This document shows, piece after piece, positions 42,051 through 55,100 of a stretch of DNA of 64,000 bases. The notes beneath the pieces were generated by a model that was not told the origin of the DNA, made no database searches, and saw nothing but the letters and a program-made list of their open reading frames with translations. Made by a program: the position numbers and the translations under genes. This DNA is from Eledone cirrhosa. Taxonomy: Eukaryota. How positions within the stretch are numbered: position 1 is the stretch's first letter; each line of letters opens with the position of its first letter. The stretch spans positions 59,892,001 to 59,956,000 of the forward strand of contig OZ024740.1 of assembly GCA_964016885.1 (NCBI GenBank), read 5' to 3'.

Positions 42051-43169
42051 AGACCACTTTACAGTGTGGGCTGTGTGCTTTTAGTTGTGACTCCTACAAG
42101 ACAACTTTAATGTGTGGGTTGGATGCTTTTAGTTGTGACTCCTACATTACCACTTTACAGTGTGGGCTGGATGCTTTTAGTTGTGACTTGTACAAGACCA
42201 CTTTACAGTGGGGGTTGGGTGCTTTTAGTTGTGACACCTACAAGACCACTTTACAGTGTGGGCTGGATGCTTTTAGTTGTGACACCTACAAGACCACTTT
42301 ACAATGTGGGCTGGGTGCTTTTATTTGTGACACCTACAAGACCACTTTACAGTGTGGACTGGATGCTTTTGGTTGTGACCCCTACATGACCACTTTACAG
42401 TGTTGGTTGGGTGCTTTTAGTTGTCACATCTGCATGACCCCTTTACAGTGTGGGCTGGATGCTTTTAGCTGTGAGATCTACATGACCACTTTACAGTGTG
42501 GGCTGGGTTCTTTTAGTTGTGACATCTGCATGACCACTTTAATGTGTGAGCTGGATGCTTTAATTGTGACTCCTACCAAGACCACTTTACAGTGTGAGTT
42601 GGGTGCTTTTAGTTGTGACTCCTACAAGACCACTTTACAGTGTGGGTTGGGTGCTTTTAGTTGTGACTCCTACAAGACCACTTTACAGTGTGGGCTGGGT
42701 GCTTTTAGTTGTGACTCCTACAAGACCACTTTACAGTGTGGGTTGGATGCTTTTAGTTGTGACTCCTACATGACCACTTAACAGTGTGGGCTGGATGCTT
42801 TTAGTTGTGACTCGTACAAGACCACTTTACAGTGTGGGTTGGGTGCTTTTAGTTGTGACACCTACAAGACCACTTTACAGTGTGGGCTGGATGCTTTTAG
42901 TTGTGACACCTACAATACCACTTTACAGTGTGGGCTGGGTGCTTTTATTTGTGAAACCTACAAGACCACTTTACAGTGTGGGCTGGATGCTTTTAGTTGT
43001 GACATCAACTTGACCACTTTACAGTGTGGGATGGGTGCTTTTAGTTGTGACTCCTACATGACCACTTTACAATGTGGGCTGGGTGCTTTTAGTTGTGACT
43101 CGTACAAGACCACTTTTCAGTGTGTGTTGGGTGCTTTTAGTTGTGACAGCTACATGACCACTTTACGGT

Positions 43170-46100
43170 GTGGGTTGGGTGCTTTTAGTTGTGTCACCTA
43201 CATGACCACTTTACAGTGTGGGCTGGACGCTTTTAGTTGTGACTCATACAAGACCATTTCATATTGTGGGCTGGGTGCTTTTAGTTGTGACTCCTACATG
43301 ACCACTTGACAGTGTGTGCTGGGTGCTTTTAGTTGTGACTCCTACAAGACCACTTTACAGTGTGGGCTGGGTTCTTTTAGTTGTGACATCTGCATGACCA
43401 CTTTACAGTGTGGGCTGGGTCCTTTTAGTTGTGACTCCTACAAGACCACTTTACAGTGTGGGATGGGTTCTTTTAGTTGTGACATCTGCATGACCACTTT
43501 ACAGTGTGGGTTGGGTGCTTTTAGTTGTGACTCCTACAACACCACTTTACAGTGTGGGCTGGGTTCTTTTAGTTGTGACATCTGCATAACCACTTTACAG
43601 TGTGAGCTGGATGCTTTAATTGTGACTCCTACAAGACCACTTTACAGTGTGGGTTGGGTGCTTTTAGTTGTGACTCCTACAAGACCACTTTACAGTGTGG
43701 GTTTGGGTGCTTTTATTTGTGACTCCTACAAGACCACTTTACAGTGTGGGCTGTGTGATTTTAGTTGTGACTCCTACAAGACAACTTTAATGTGTGGGTT
43801 GGATGCTTTTAGTTGTGACTCCTACATGACCACTTTACAGTGTGGGCTGGATGCTTTTAGTTGTGACTCGTACAAGACCACTTTACAGTGTGGGTTGGGT
43901 GCTTTTAGTTGTGACACCTTCAAGACCACTTTACAGTGTGGGCTGGATGCTTTTAGTTGTGACACCTACAAGACCACTTTACAGTGTGGGCTGGGTGCTT
44001 TTATTTGTGACACCTACAAGACCACTTTACAGTGTGGACTGGATGCTTTTAGTTGTGACCCCTACATGACCCCTTTACAGTGTTGGTTGGGTGCTTTTAG
44101 TTGTGACATCTGCATGACCACTTTACAGTGTGGGTTGGGTGCTTTTATTTGTGACTCCTACAAGAACACTTTACAGTGTGGGCTGGGTGCTTTTAGTTGT
44201 GACTCCTACAAGACCACTTTACAGTGTGGGCTGGGTGCTTTTAGTTGTGACTCCTACAAGACAACTTTACAGTGTGGGTTGGGTGCTTTTATTTGTGACA
44301 CTTACATGACCACTTTACAGTGTGGGCTAGATGCTTTTAGTTGTGACTCCTACAAGAACACTTTACAGTGTGAACTGGATGCTTTTATTTGTGATACCTA
44401 CAAAACCACTTGACAGTGGTCTGGGTGCTTTTAGTTGTGACTCCTACAAGACCACTTTACAGTGTGGGTTGGATGCTTTTATTTGTGACTCCTACAAGAC
44501 CCCTTTAGAGTGTGGGCTGGATGCTTTTAATTGTGACTCCTAGAAGACCACTCAACAGTGGGCTGGGTGCTTATAGTTGTGACTCCTACAAGACCACTTT
44601 ACAGTGTGGGCTGGGTGCTTTTAGTTGTGACTCCTACAAGACCACTCGACAGTGGCCTGGGTGCTTTTAGTTATGACTTCTACAAGACCACTTTACAGTG
44701 TGGTTTGGGTGCTTTTAGTTGTGACACCTACAAGACCACTTTACAGTGTGGGCTGGATGCTTTTAGTTGTGACACCTAAAAGACCACTTTACAGTGTGGG
44801 CTGGGTGCTTTTATTTGTGACACCTACAAGACCACTTTACAGTGTGGGTTGGGTGCTTTTATTTGTGACTCCTACAAGACCACTTTACAGTGTGGGCTGG
44901 GTGCTTTTAGTTGTGACTCCTACAAGACCACTTTACAGTGTGGGCTGGGTGCTTTTAGTTGTGACTCCTACATGACCACGTTACAGTGTGGGTAGTGTGC
45001 TATTAGTTGTGACATCTGCATGACCACTTTACAGTGTGGGCTGGATGATTTTAGTTGTGACATCTACATGATCACTTTACAGTGAGGGTTGGGTGCTTTT
45101 AGTTGTGACTCCTACATGAACACTTTACAATGTGGGCTGGGTACTTTTAGTTGTGACTCATACAAGACCACTTTACATTGTGGGCTGGGTGCTTTTAGTT
45201 GTGACTCCTACTTGACCACTTTACAGTGTGTGCTGGGTGCTTTTAGTTGTGACTCCTACAAGACCACTTTACAGTGTGGGCTGGATGCTTTTAGTTATGA
45301 CTCCTACAAGACCACTTAACAGTGTGTGCTGGGTGCTTTTAGTTGTGACTCCTACAAGACCACTTTACAGTGTCGGCTGGGTGCTTTTAGTTGTGACTCC
45401 TACATGACCACTTTACAGTGTGTGCTGGGTGCTTTAGTTGTGACACCTACAAGACCACTTTACAGTGTGGGCTGGGTACTTTTAGTTGTGACATCTGCAT
45501 GACCACTTTACAGTGTCGGCTGGGTGCTTTTAGTTATGACTCCTACATGACCACTTTACAGTGTGTGCTGGGTGCTTTTAGTTGTGACTCCTACAAGACC
45601 ACTTTACAGTGTGGGCTGGGTTCTTTTAGTTGTGAGATCTGCATGACCACTTTACAGTGTGGGCTGGGTGCTTTTAGTTGTGACTCCTACAAGAACACTT
45701 TACAGTGTGGGCTGGGTTCTTTTAGTTGTGACATCTGCAAGACCACTTTACTGTGTGAGCTGGATGCTTTAATTGTGACTCCTACAAGACCACTTTACAG
45801 TGTGATTTGGGTGCTTTTAGTTGTGACTCCTACAAGACCACTTTACAGTGTGGGTTGTGTGCTTTTAGTTGTGACTCCTACAAGACCACTTTACAGTGTG
45901 GGCTGGGTGCTTTTAGTTGTGACTCCTACAAGACCACTTTACAGTGTGGGTTGGATGCTTTTAGTTGTGACTCCTACATGACCACTTTACAGTGTGGGCT
46001 GGATACTTTTAGTTGTGACTCGTACAAGACCACTTTACAGTGTGGGTTGGGTGCTTTTAGTTGTGACACCTACAAGACCACTTTACAGTGTGGGCTGGAT

Positions 46101-49100
46101 GCTTTTAGTTGTGACACCTACAAGACCACTTTACAATGTGGGCTGGGTGCTTTTATTTGTGACACCTACAAGACCACTTTACAGTGTGGGTTGGGTGCTT
46201 TTATTTGTGACTCCTACAAGACCACTTTACAGTGTGGGCTGGGTGCTTTTAGTTGTGACTCCTACAAGACCACTTTACAGTGTGGGCTGGGTGCTTTTAG
46301 TTGTGACTCCTACATGACCAGTTTACAGTGTGGGTAGGGTGCTTTTAGTTGTGACATCTGCATGACCACTTTACAGTGTGGGCTGGATGCTTTTAGTTGT
46401 GACTCCTACATGACCACTTTACAATGTGGGCTGGGTGCTTTTAGTTATGACTCGTACAAGACCACTTTACGGTGTGGGTTGGGTGCTTTTAGTTGTGACA
46501 CCTACATGACCACTTTACAGTGTGGGCTGGGTGCTTTTAGTCGTGACTCCTACATGACCAGTTTACAGTGTGGGTAGTGTGCTTTTAGTTGTGACATTTG
46601 CATGACCACTTTACAGTGTGGGCTGGATGCTTTTAGTTGTGACACCTACATGACCACTTTATGGTGTCGGTTGGGTGCTTTTAGTTGTGTCACCTACATG
46701 ACCACTTTACAGTGTGGGCTGGACGCTTTTAGTTGTGACTCATACAAGACCACTTTACATTGTGGGCTGGGTGCTTTTAGTTGTGACTCCTACATTACCA
46801 CTTTACAGTGTGTGCTGGGTGCTTTTAGTTGTGACTCCTACAAGACCACTTTACAGTGTGGGCTGGGTTCTTCTAGTTGTGACATCTGCATGACCACTTT
46901 ACAGTGTGGGCTGGGTCCCTTTAGTTGTGACTCCTACAAGACCACTTTACAGTGTGGGCTGGGTTCTTTTAGTTGTGACATGTGCATGACCACTTTACAG
47001 TGTGGGTTGGGTGCTTTTAGTTGTGACTCCTACAAGACCACTTTACAGTGTAGGCTGGGTTCTTTTAGTTGTGACATCTGCATGACCACTTTACAGTGTG
47101 AGCTGGATGCTTTAATTGTGACTCCTACAAGACCACTTTACAGTGTGGGTTGGGTGCTTTTAGTTGTGACTCCTACAAGACCACTTTACAGTGTGGGTTT
47201 GGGTGCTTTAAGTTGTGACTCCTACAAGACCACTTTACAGTGTGGGCTGGGTGCTTTTAGTTGTGACTCCTACAAGACAACTTTAATGTGTGGGTTGGAT
47301 GCTTTTAGTTGTGACTCCTACATGACCACTTTACAGTGTTGCCTGGATGCTTTTAGTTGTGACTCGTACAAGATCACTTTACAGTGTGGGTTGGGTGCTT
47401 TTAGTTGTGACACCTACAAGACCACTTTACAGTGTGGGCTGGATGCTTTTAGTTGTGACACCTACAAGACCACTTTACAGTGTGGGCTGGGTGCTTTATT
47501 TGTGACATCTACATGACCACTTTACAGTGTGGGTTGGGTGCTTTTAGTTGTGACTCCTACATGACCACTTTACGATGTAGGCTGGTTGCTTTTAGTTGTG
47601 ACTCCTACATGACCACTTTCCAGTGTGTGCTGGGTGCTTTTAGTTGTGACTCCTACAAGAAAACTTTACAGTGTGGGCTGGATTCTTTTAGTTGTGACAT
47701 CTGCATCACCACTTTACAGTGTGTTCTGCGTGCTTTTAGTTGTGACTCCTACAAGATCACTTTCCAGTGTGGGTGCTTTTATTTGTGACTTTTACAAGAC
47801 CACTTTACAGTGTGGGCTGGGTTCTTTTAGTTGTGACTCCTACAAGACCACTTTACAGTGTGGGCTGGGTGCTTTTAGTTGTGACTCCTACAAGACCACT
47901 TTACAGTGTGGGTTGGGTGCTTTTAGTTGTGACATCTGCATGACCACTTTACAGTGTGGGCTGGATGCTTTTAGTTGTGACATCTACATGACCACTTTAC
48001 AGTGTGGGTTGGGTGCTTTTAGTTGTGACTCCTACATGACCACTTTACAATGTGGGCTGGGTGCTTTTAGTTGTGACTCCTACATGACCACTTTACAGTG
48101 TGTGCTGGGTGCTTTTAGTTGTGACTCCTACAAGACCACTTTACAGTGTGGGCTGGGTTCTTTTAGTTGTGACTCCTACATAACCACTTTACAGTGTGTG
48201 CTGAGTGCTTTTAGTTGTGACTCCTACAAGAACACTTTACAGGGTGGGCTGGGTTCTTTTAGTTTTGACATCGGCATGACCACTTTACAGTGTGGGCTGC
48301 GTGCTTTTAGTTGTGACTCCTACAAGACCACTTTACAGTGTGGGTTGGGTGCTTTTATTTGTGACTCCTACAAGACCACTTTACAGTGTGGGCTGGGTGC
48401 TTTTAGTTGTGACTCCTACAAGACCACTTTACAGTGTGTGCTGGGTGCTTTTAGTTGTGACTCCTACAAGACCACTTTACAGTGTGGGTTGGGTGCTTTT
48501 ATTTGTGACACTTACATGACCACTTTACAGTGTGGGCTGGATGCTTTTAGTTGTGACTCGTACAAGAACACTTTACAGTGTGAACTGGATGCTTTTATTT
48601 GTGATACCTACAAGACCACTTGACAGTGGGCTGGGTGCTTTTAGTTGTGACTCCTACAAGACCACTTTACAGTGTGGGCTGGATGCTTTTAGTTGTGAAA
48701 CCTACAAGACCACTCAACAGTGGGCTGGGTGCTTTTAGTTGTGACTCCTACAAGACCATTTTACAGTGTGGGTTGGATGCTTTTATTTGTGACTCCTACA
48801 AGACCACTTTACAGTGTGGGCTGGATGCTTTTAGTTGTGACTCCTACAAGACCACTTTACAGTGTGGGTTGGATGCTTTTATTTGTGACTCCTACAAGAC
48901 CACTTTAGAGTGTGGGCTGGATGCTTTTACTTGTGACTTCTACAAGACCACTCAACAGTGGGCTGGGTGCTTATAGTTGTGACTCCTACAAGACCACTTT
49001 ACAGTGTGGGCTGGGTGCTTTTAGTTGTGACTCCTACAAGACCACTCGACAGTGGGCTGGGTGCTTTTAGTTGTGAATTCTACAAGACCACTTTACAGTG

Positions 49101-52100
49101 TGGTTTGGGTGCTTTTAGTTGTGACTCCTACAAGACCACTTTACAGTGTGGGGTGAATGCTTTTAGTTGTAACACCTACAAGACCAATTTACAGTGTGGG
49201 TTGGATGCTTTTAGTTGTGACTACTACAAGACCACTTTACAGTGTGGGCTGGATGCTTTTAGTTGTGACTCCTACATGAACACTTTACAGTGTGGGTTGT
49301 GTGCTTTTAGTTGTGACATCTGCATGACCACTTTACAGTGTGGGCTGGATGCTTTTAGTTGTGACTCCTACAAGACCACTTTACAGTGTGGGTTGGGTGC
49401 TTTTATTTGTGACACTTACATGACCACTTTACAGCGTGTGCTGGATGCTTTTAGTTGTGACTCGTGCAAGAACACTTTACAGTGTGAACTGGATGCTTTT
49501 ATTTGTGATACCTACAAAACCACTTGACAGTGGGCTGGGTGCTTTTAGTTGTGACTCCTACAAGACCACTTTACAGTGTGCGTTGGATGCTTTTATTTGT
49601 GACTCCTACAAGACCACTTTAGAGTGTGGGCTGGATGCTTTTAATTGTGACTCCTACAAGACCACTCAACAGTGGGCTGGGTGCTTTTAGTTGTGACTCC
49701 TACAAGACCACTTTACAGTGTGGGCTGGGTGCTTTTAGTTGTGACTCCTACAAGACCACTCGACAGTGGGCTGGGTGCTTTTAGTTGTGACTTCTACAAG
49801 ACCACTTTACAGTGTGGTTTGCGTGCTTTTAGTTGTGACTCCTACAAGACCACTTTACAGTGTGGGGTGGATGCTTTTAGTTGTAACACCTACAAGACCA
49901 CTTTACAGTGTGGGTTGGATGCTTTTAGTTGTGACTACTACAAGACCACTTTACAGTGTGGGCTGGATGCTTTTAGTTGTGACACCTATAAGACCACTTT
50001 ACAGTGTGGGTTGGGTGCTTTTAGTTGTGACATCTGCATGACCACTTTACAGTGCGGGCTGGATGCTTTTAGTTGTGACATCTACATGACCACTTTACAG
50101 TGTGGGTTGGGTGCTTTTAGTTGTGACTCCTACATGACCACTTTACAATGTGGGCTGGGTGCTTTTAGTTGTGACTCCTACAAGACCACTTTACACTGTG
50201 GGCTGGGTTCTTTTAGTTGTGACTCCTACATGACCACTTTACAGTGTGTGCTGGGTGCTTTTAGTTGTGACTCCTACAAGAACACTTTACAGGGTGGGCT
50301 GGGTTCTTTTAGTTGTGACATCTGCATGACCACTTTACAGTGTGGGCTGCGTGCTTTTAGTTGTGACTCCTACAAGACCACTTTACAGTGTGGGTTGGGT
50401 GCTTTTATTTGTGACTCCTACAAGACCACTTTACAGTGTGGGCTGGGTGCTTTTAGTTGTGACTCCTACAAGACCACTTTACAGTGTGTGCTGGGTGCTT
50501 TTAGTTGTGACTCCTACAAGACCACTTTACAGTGTGGGTTGGGTGCTTTTATTTGTGACACTTACATGACCACTTTACAGTGTGGGCTGGATGCTTTTAG
50601 TTGTGACTCGTACAAGAACACTTTACAGTGTGAACTGGATGCTTTTATTTGTGATACCTACAAGACCACTTGACAGTGGGCTGGGTGCTTTTAGTTGTGA
50701 CTCCTACAAGACCACTTTACAGTGTGGGCTGGATGCTTTTAGTTGTGAAACCTACAAGACCACTCAACAGTGGGCTGGGTGCTTTTAGTTGTGACTCCTA
50801 CAAGACCATTTTACAGTGTGCGTTGGATGCTTTTATTTGTGACTCCTACAAGACCACTTTACAGTGTGGGCTGGATGCTTTTAATTGTGACTCCTAGAAG
50901 ACCACTCAACAGTGGGCTGGGTGCTTATAGTTGTGACTCCTACAAGACCACTTTACAGTGTGGGCTGGGTGCTTTTAGTTGTGACTCCTACAAGACCACT
51001 CGACAGTGGCCTGGGTGCTTTTAGTTATGACTTCTACAAGACCACTTTACAGTGTGGTTTGGGTGCTTTTAGTTGTGACACTTACATGACCACTTTACAG
51101 TGTGGGCTAGATGCTTTTAGTTGTGACTCCTACAAGAACACTTTACAGTGTGAACTGGATGCTTTTATTTGTGATACCTACAAGACCACTCGACAGTGGG
51201 CTGGGTGCTTTTAGTTGTGTCACCTACATGACCACTTTACAGTGTGGGCTGGACGCTTTTAGTTGTGACTCATACAAGACCATTTCATATTGTGGGCTGG
51301 GTGCTTTTAGTTGTGACTCCTACATGACCACTTGACAGTGTGTGCTGGGTGCTTTTAGTTGTGACTCCTACAAGACCACTTTACAGTGTGGGCTGGGTTC
51401 TTTTAGTTGTGACATCTGCATGACCACTTTACAGTGTGGGCTGGGTCCTTTTAGTTGTGACTCCTACAAGACCACTTTACAGTGTGGGATGGGTTCTTTT
51501 AGTTGTGACATCTGCATGACCACTTTACAGTGTGGGTTGGGTGCTTTTAGTTGTGACTCCTACAACACCACTTTACAGTGTGGGCTGGGTTCTTTTAGTT
51601 GTGACATCTGCATAACCACTTTACAGTGTGAGCTGGATGCTTTAATTGTGACTCCTACAAGACCACTTTACAGTGTGGGTTGGGTGCTTTTAGTTGTGAC
51701 TCCTACAAGACCACTTTACAGTGTGGGTTTGGGTGCTTTTATTTGTGACTCCTACAAGACCACTTTACAGTGTGGGCTGTGTGATTTTAGTTGTGACTCC
51801 TACAAGACAACTTTAATGTGTGGGTTGGATGCTTTTAGTTGTGACTCCTACATGACCACTTTACAGTGTGGGCTGGATGCTTTTAGTTGTGACTCGTACA
51901 AGACCACTTTACAGTGTGGGTTGGGTGCTTTTAGTTGTGACACCTTCAAGACCACTTTACAGTGTGGGCTGGATGCTTTTAGTTGTGACACCTACAAGAC
52001 CACTTTACAGTGTGGGCTGGGTGCTTTTATTTGTGACACCTACAAGACCACTTTACAGTGTGGACTGGATGCTTTTAGTTGTGACCCCTACATGACCCCT

Positions 52101-55100
52101 TTACAGTGTTGGTTGGGTGCTTTTAGTTGTGACATCTGCATGACCACTTTACAGTGTGGGTTGGGTGCTTTTATTTGTGACTCCTACAAGAACACTTTAC
52201 AGTGTGGGCTGGGTGCTTTTAGTTGTGACTCCTACAAGACCACTTTTCAGTGTGGGCTGGGTGCTTTTAGTTGTGACTCCTACAAGACAACTTTACAGTG
52301 TGGGTTGGGTGCTTTTATTTGTGACACTTACATGACCACTTTACAGTGTGGGCTAGATGCTTTTAGTTGTGACTCCTACAAGAACACTTTACAGTGTGAA
52401 CTGGATGCTTTTATTTGTGATACCTACAAAACCACTTGACAGTGGTCTGGGTGCTTTTAGTTGTGACTCCTACAAGACCACTTTACAGTGTGGGTTGGAT
52501 GCTTTTATTTGTGACTCCTACAAGACCCCTTTAGAGTGTGGGCTGGATGCTTTTAATTGTGACTCCTAGAAGACCACTCAACAGTGGGCTGGGTGCTTAT
52601 AGTTGTGACTCCTACAAGACCACTTTACAGTGTGGGCTGGGTGCTTTTAGTTGTGACTCCTACAAGACCACTCGACAGTGGCCTGGGTGCTTTTAGTTAT
52701 GACTTCTACAAGACCACTTTACAGTGTGGTTTGGGTGCTTTTAGTTGTGACACCTACAAGACCACTTTACAGTGTGGGCTGGATGCTTTTAGTTGTGACA
52801 CCTAAAAGACCACTTTACAGTGTGGGCTGGGTGCTTTTATTTGTGACACCTACAAGACCACTTTACAGTGTGGGTTGGGTGCTTTTATTTGTGACTCCTA
52901 CAAGACCACTTTACAGTGTGGGCTGGGTGCTTTTAGTTGTGACTCCTACAAGACCACTTTACAGTGTGGGCTGGGTGCTTTTAGTTGTGACTCCTACATG
53001 ACACCGTTACAGTGTGGGTAGTGTGCTATTAGTTGTGACATCTGCATGACCACTTTACAGTGTGGGCTGGATGATTTTAGTTGTGACATCTACATGATCA
53101 CTTTACAGTGAGGGTTGGGTGCTTTTAGTTGTGACTCCTACATGAACACTTTACAATGTGGGCTGGGTACTTTTAGTTGTGACTCATACAAGACCACTTT
53201 ACATTGTGGGCTGGGTGCTTTTAGTTGTGACTCCTACTTGACCACTTTACAGTGTGTGCTGGGTGCTTTTAGTTGTGACTCCTACAAGACCACTTTACAG
53301 TGTGGGCTGGATGCTTTTAGTTATGACTCCTACAAGACCACTTAACAGTGTGTGCTGGGTGCTTTTAGTTGTGACTCCTACAAGACCACTTTACAGTGTC
53401 GGCTGGGTGCTTTTAGTTGTGACTCCTACATGACCACTTTACAGTGTGTGCTGGGTGCTTTAGTTGTGACACCTACAAGACCACTTTACAGTGTGGGCTG
53501 GGTACTTTTAGTTGTGACATCTGCATGACCACTTTACAGTGTCGGCTGGGTGCTTTTAGTTATGACTCCTACATGACCACTTTACAGTGTGTGCTGGGTG
53601 CTTTTAGTTGTGACTCCTACAAGACCACTTTACAGTGTGGGCTGGGTTCTTTTAGTTGTGAGATCTGCATGACCACTTTACAGTGTGGGCTGGGTGCTTT
53701 TAGTTGTGACTCCTACAAGAACACTTTACAGTGTGGGCTGGGTTCTTTTAGTTGTGACATCTGCAAGACCACTTTACTGTGTGAGCTGGATGCTTTAATT
53801 GTGACTCCTACAAGACCACTTTACAGTGTGATTTGGGTGCTTTTAGTTGTGACTCCTACAAGACCACTTTACAGTGTGGGTTGTGTGCTTTTAGTTGTGA
53901 CTCCTACAAGACCACTTTACAGTGTGGGCTGGGTGCTTTTAGTTGTGACTCCTACAAGACCACTTTACAGTGTGGGTTGGATGCTTTTAGTTGTGACTCC
54001 TACATGACCACTTTACAGTGTGGGCTGGATACTTTTAGTTGTGACTCGTACAAGACCACTTTACAGTGTGGGTTGGGTGCTTTTAGTTGTGACACCTACA
54101 AGACCACTTTACAGTGTGGGCTGGATGCTTTTAGTTGTGACACCTACAAGACCACTTTACAATGTGGGCTGGGTGCTTTTATTTGTGACACCTACAAGAC
54201 CACTTTACAGTGTGGGTTGGGTGCTTTTATTTGTGACTCCTACAAGACCACTTTACAGTGTGGGCTGGGTGCTTTTAGTTGTGACTCCTACAAGACCACT
54301 TTACAGTGTGGGCTGGGTGCTTTTAGTTGTGACTCCTACATGACCAGTTTACAGTGTGGGTAGGGTGCTTTTAGTTGTGACATCTGCATGACCACTTTAC
54401 AGTGTGGGCTGGATGCTTTTAGTTGTGACTCCTACATGACCACTTTACAATGTGGGCTGGGTGCTTTTAGTTATGACTCGTACAAGACCACTTTACGGTG
54501 TGGGTTGGGTGCTTTTAGTTGTGACACCTACATGACCACTTTACAGTGTGGGCTGGGTGCTTTTAGTCGTGACTCCTACATGACCAGTTTACAGTGTGGG
54601 TAGTGTGCTTTTAGTTGTGACATTTGCATGACCACTTTACAGTGTGGGCTGGATGCTTTTAGTTGTGACACCTACATGACCACTTTATGGTGTCGGTTGG
54701 GTGCTTTTAGTTGTGTCACCTACATGACCACTTTACAGTGTGGGCTGGACGCTTTTAGTTGTGACTCATACAAGACCACTTTACATTGTGGGCTGGGTGC
54801 TTTTAGTTGTGACTCCTACATTACCACTTTACAGTGTGTGCTGGGTGCTTTTAGTTGTGACTCCTACAAGACCACTTTACAGTGTGGGCTGGGTTCTTCT
54901 AGTTGTGACATCTGCATGACCACTTTACAGTGTGGGCTGGGTCCCTTTAGTTGTGACTCCTACAAGACCACTTTACAGTGTAGGCTGGGTTCTTTTAGTT
55001 GTGACATCTGCATGACCACTTTACAGTGTGAGCTGGATGCTTTAATTGTGACTCCTACAAGACCACTTTACAGTGTGGGTTGGGTGCTTTTAGTTGTGAC

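Noticed and set aside
52998-53012. ATGACACCGTTACAG versus ATGACCACGTTACAG in the sister copy near 44972
   Set aside because: This single two-base swap may be a consensus or sequencing error and cannot be interpreted without reads.
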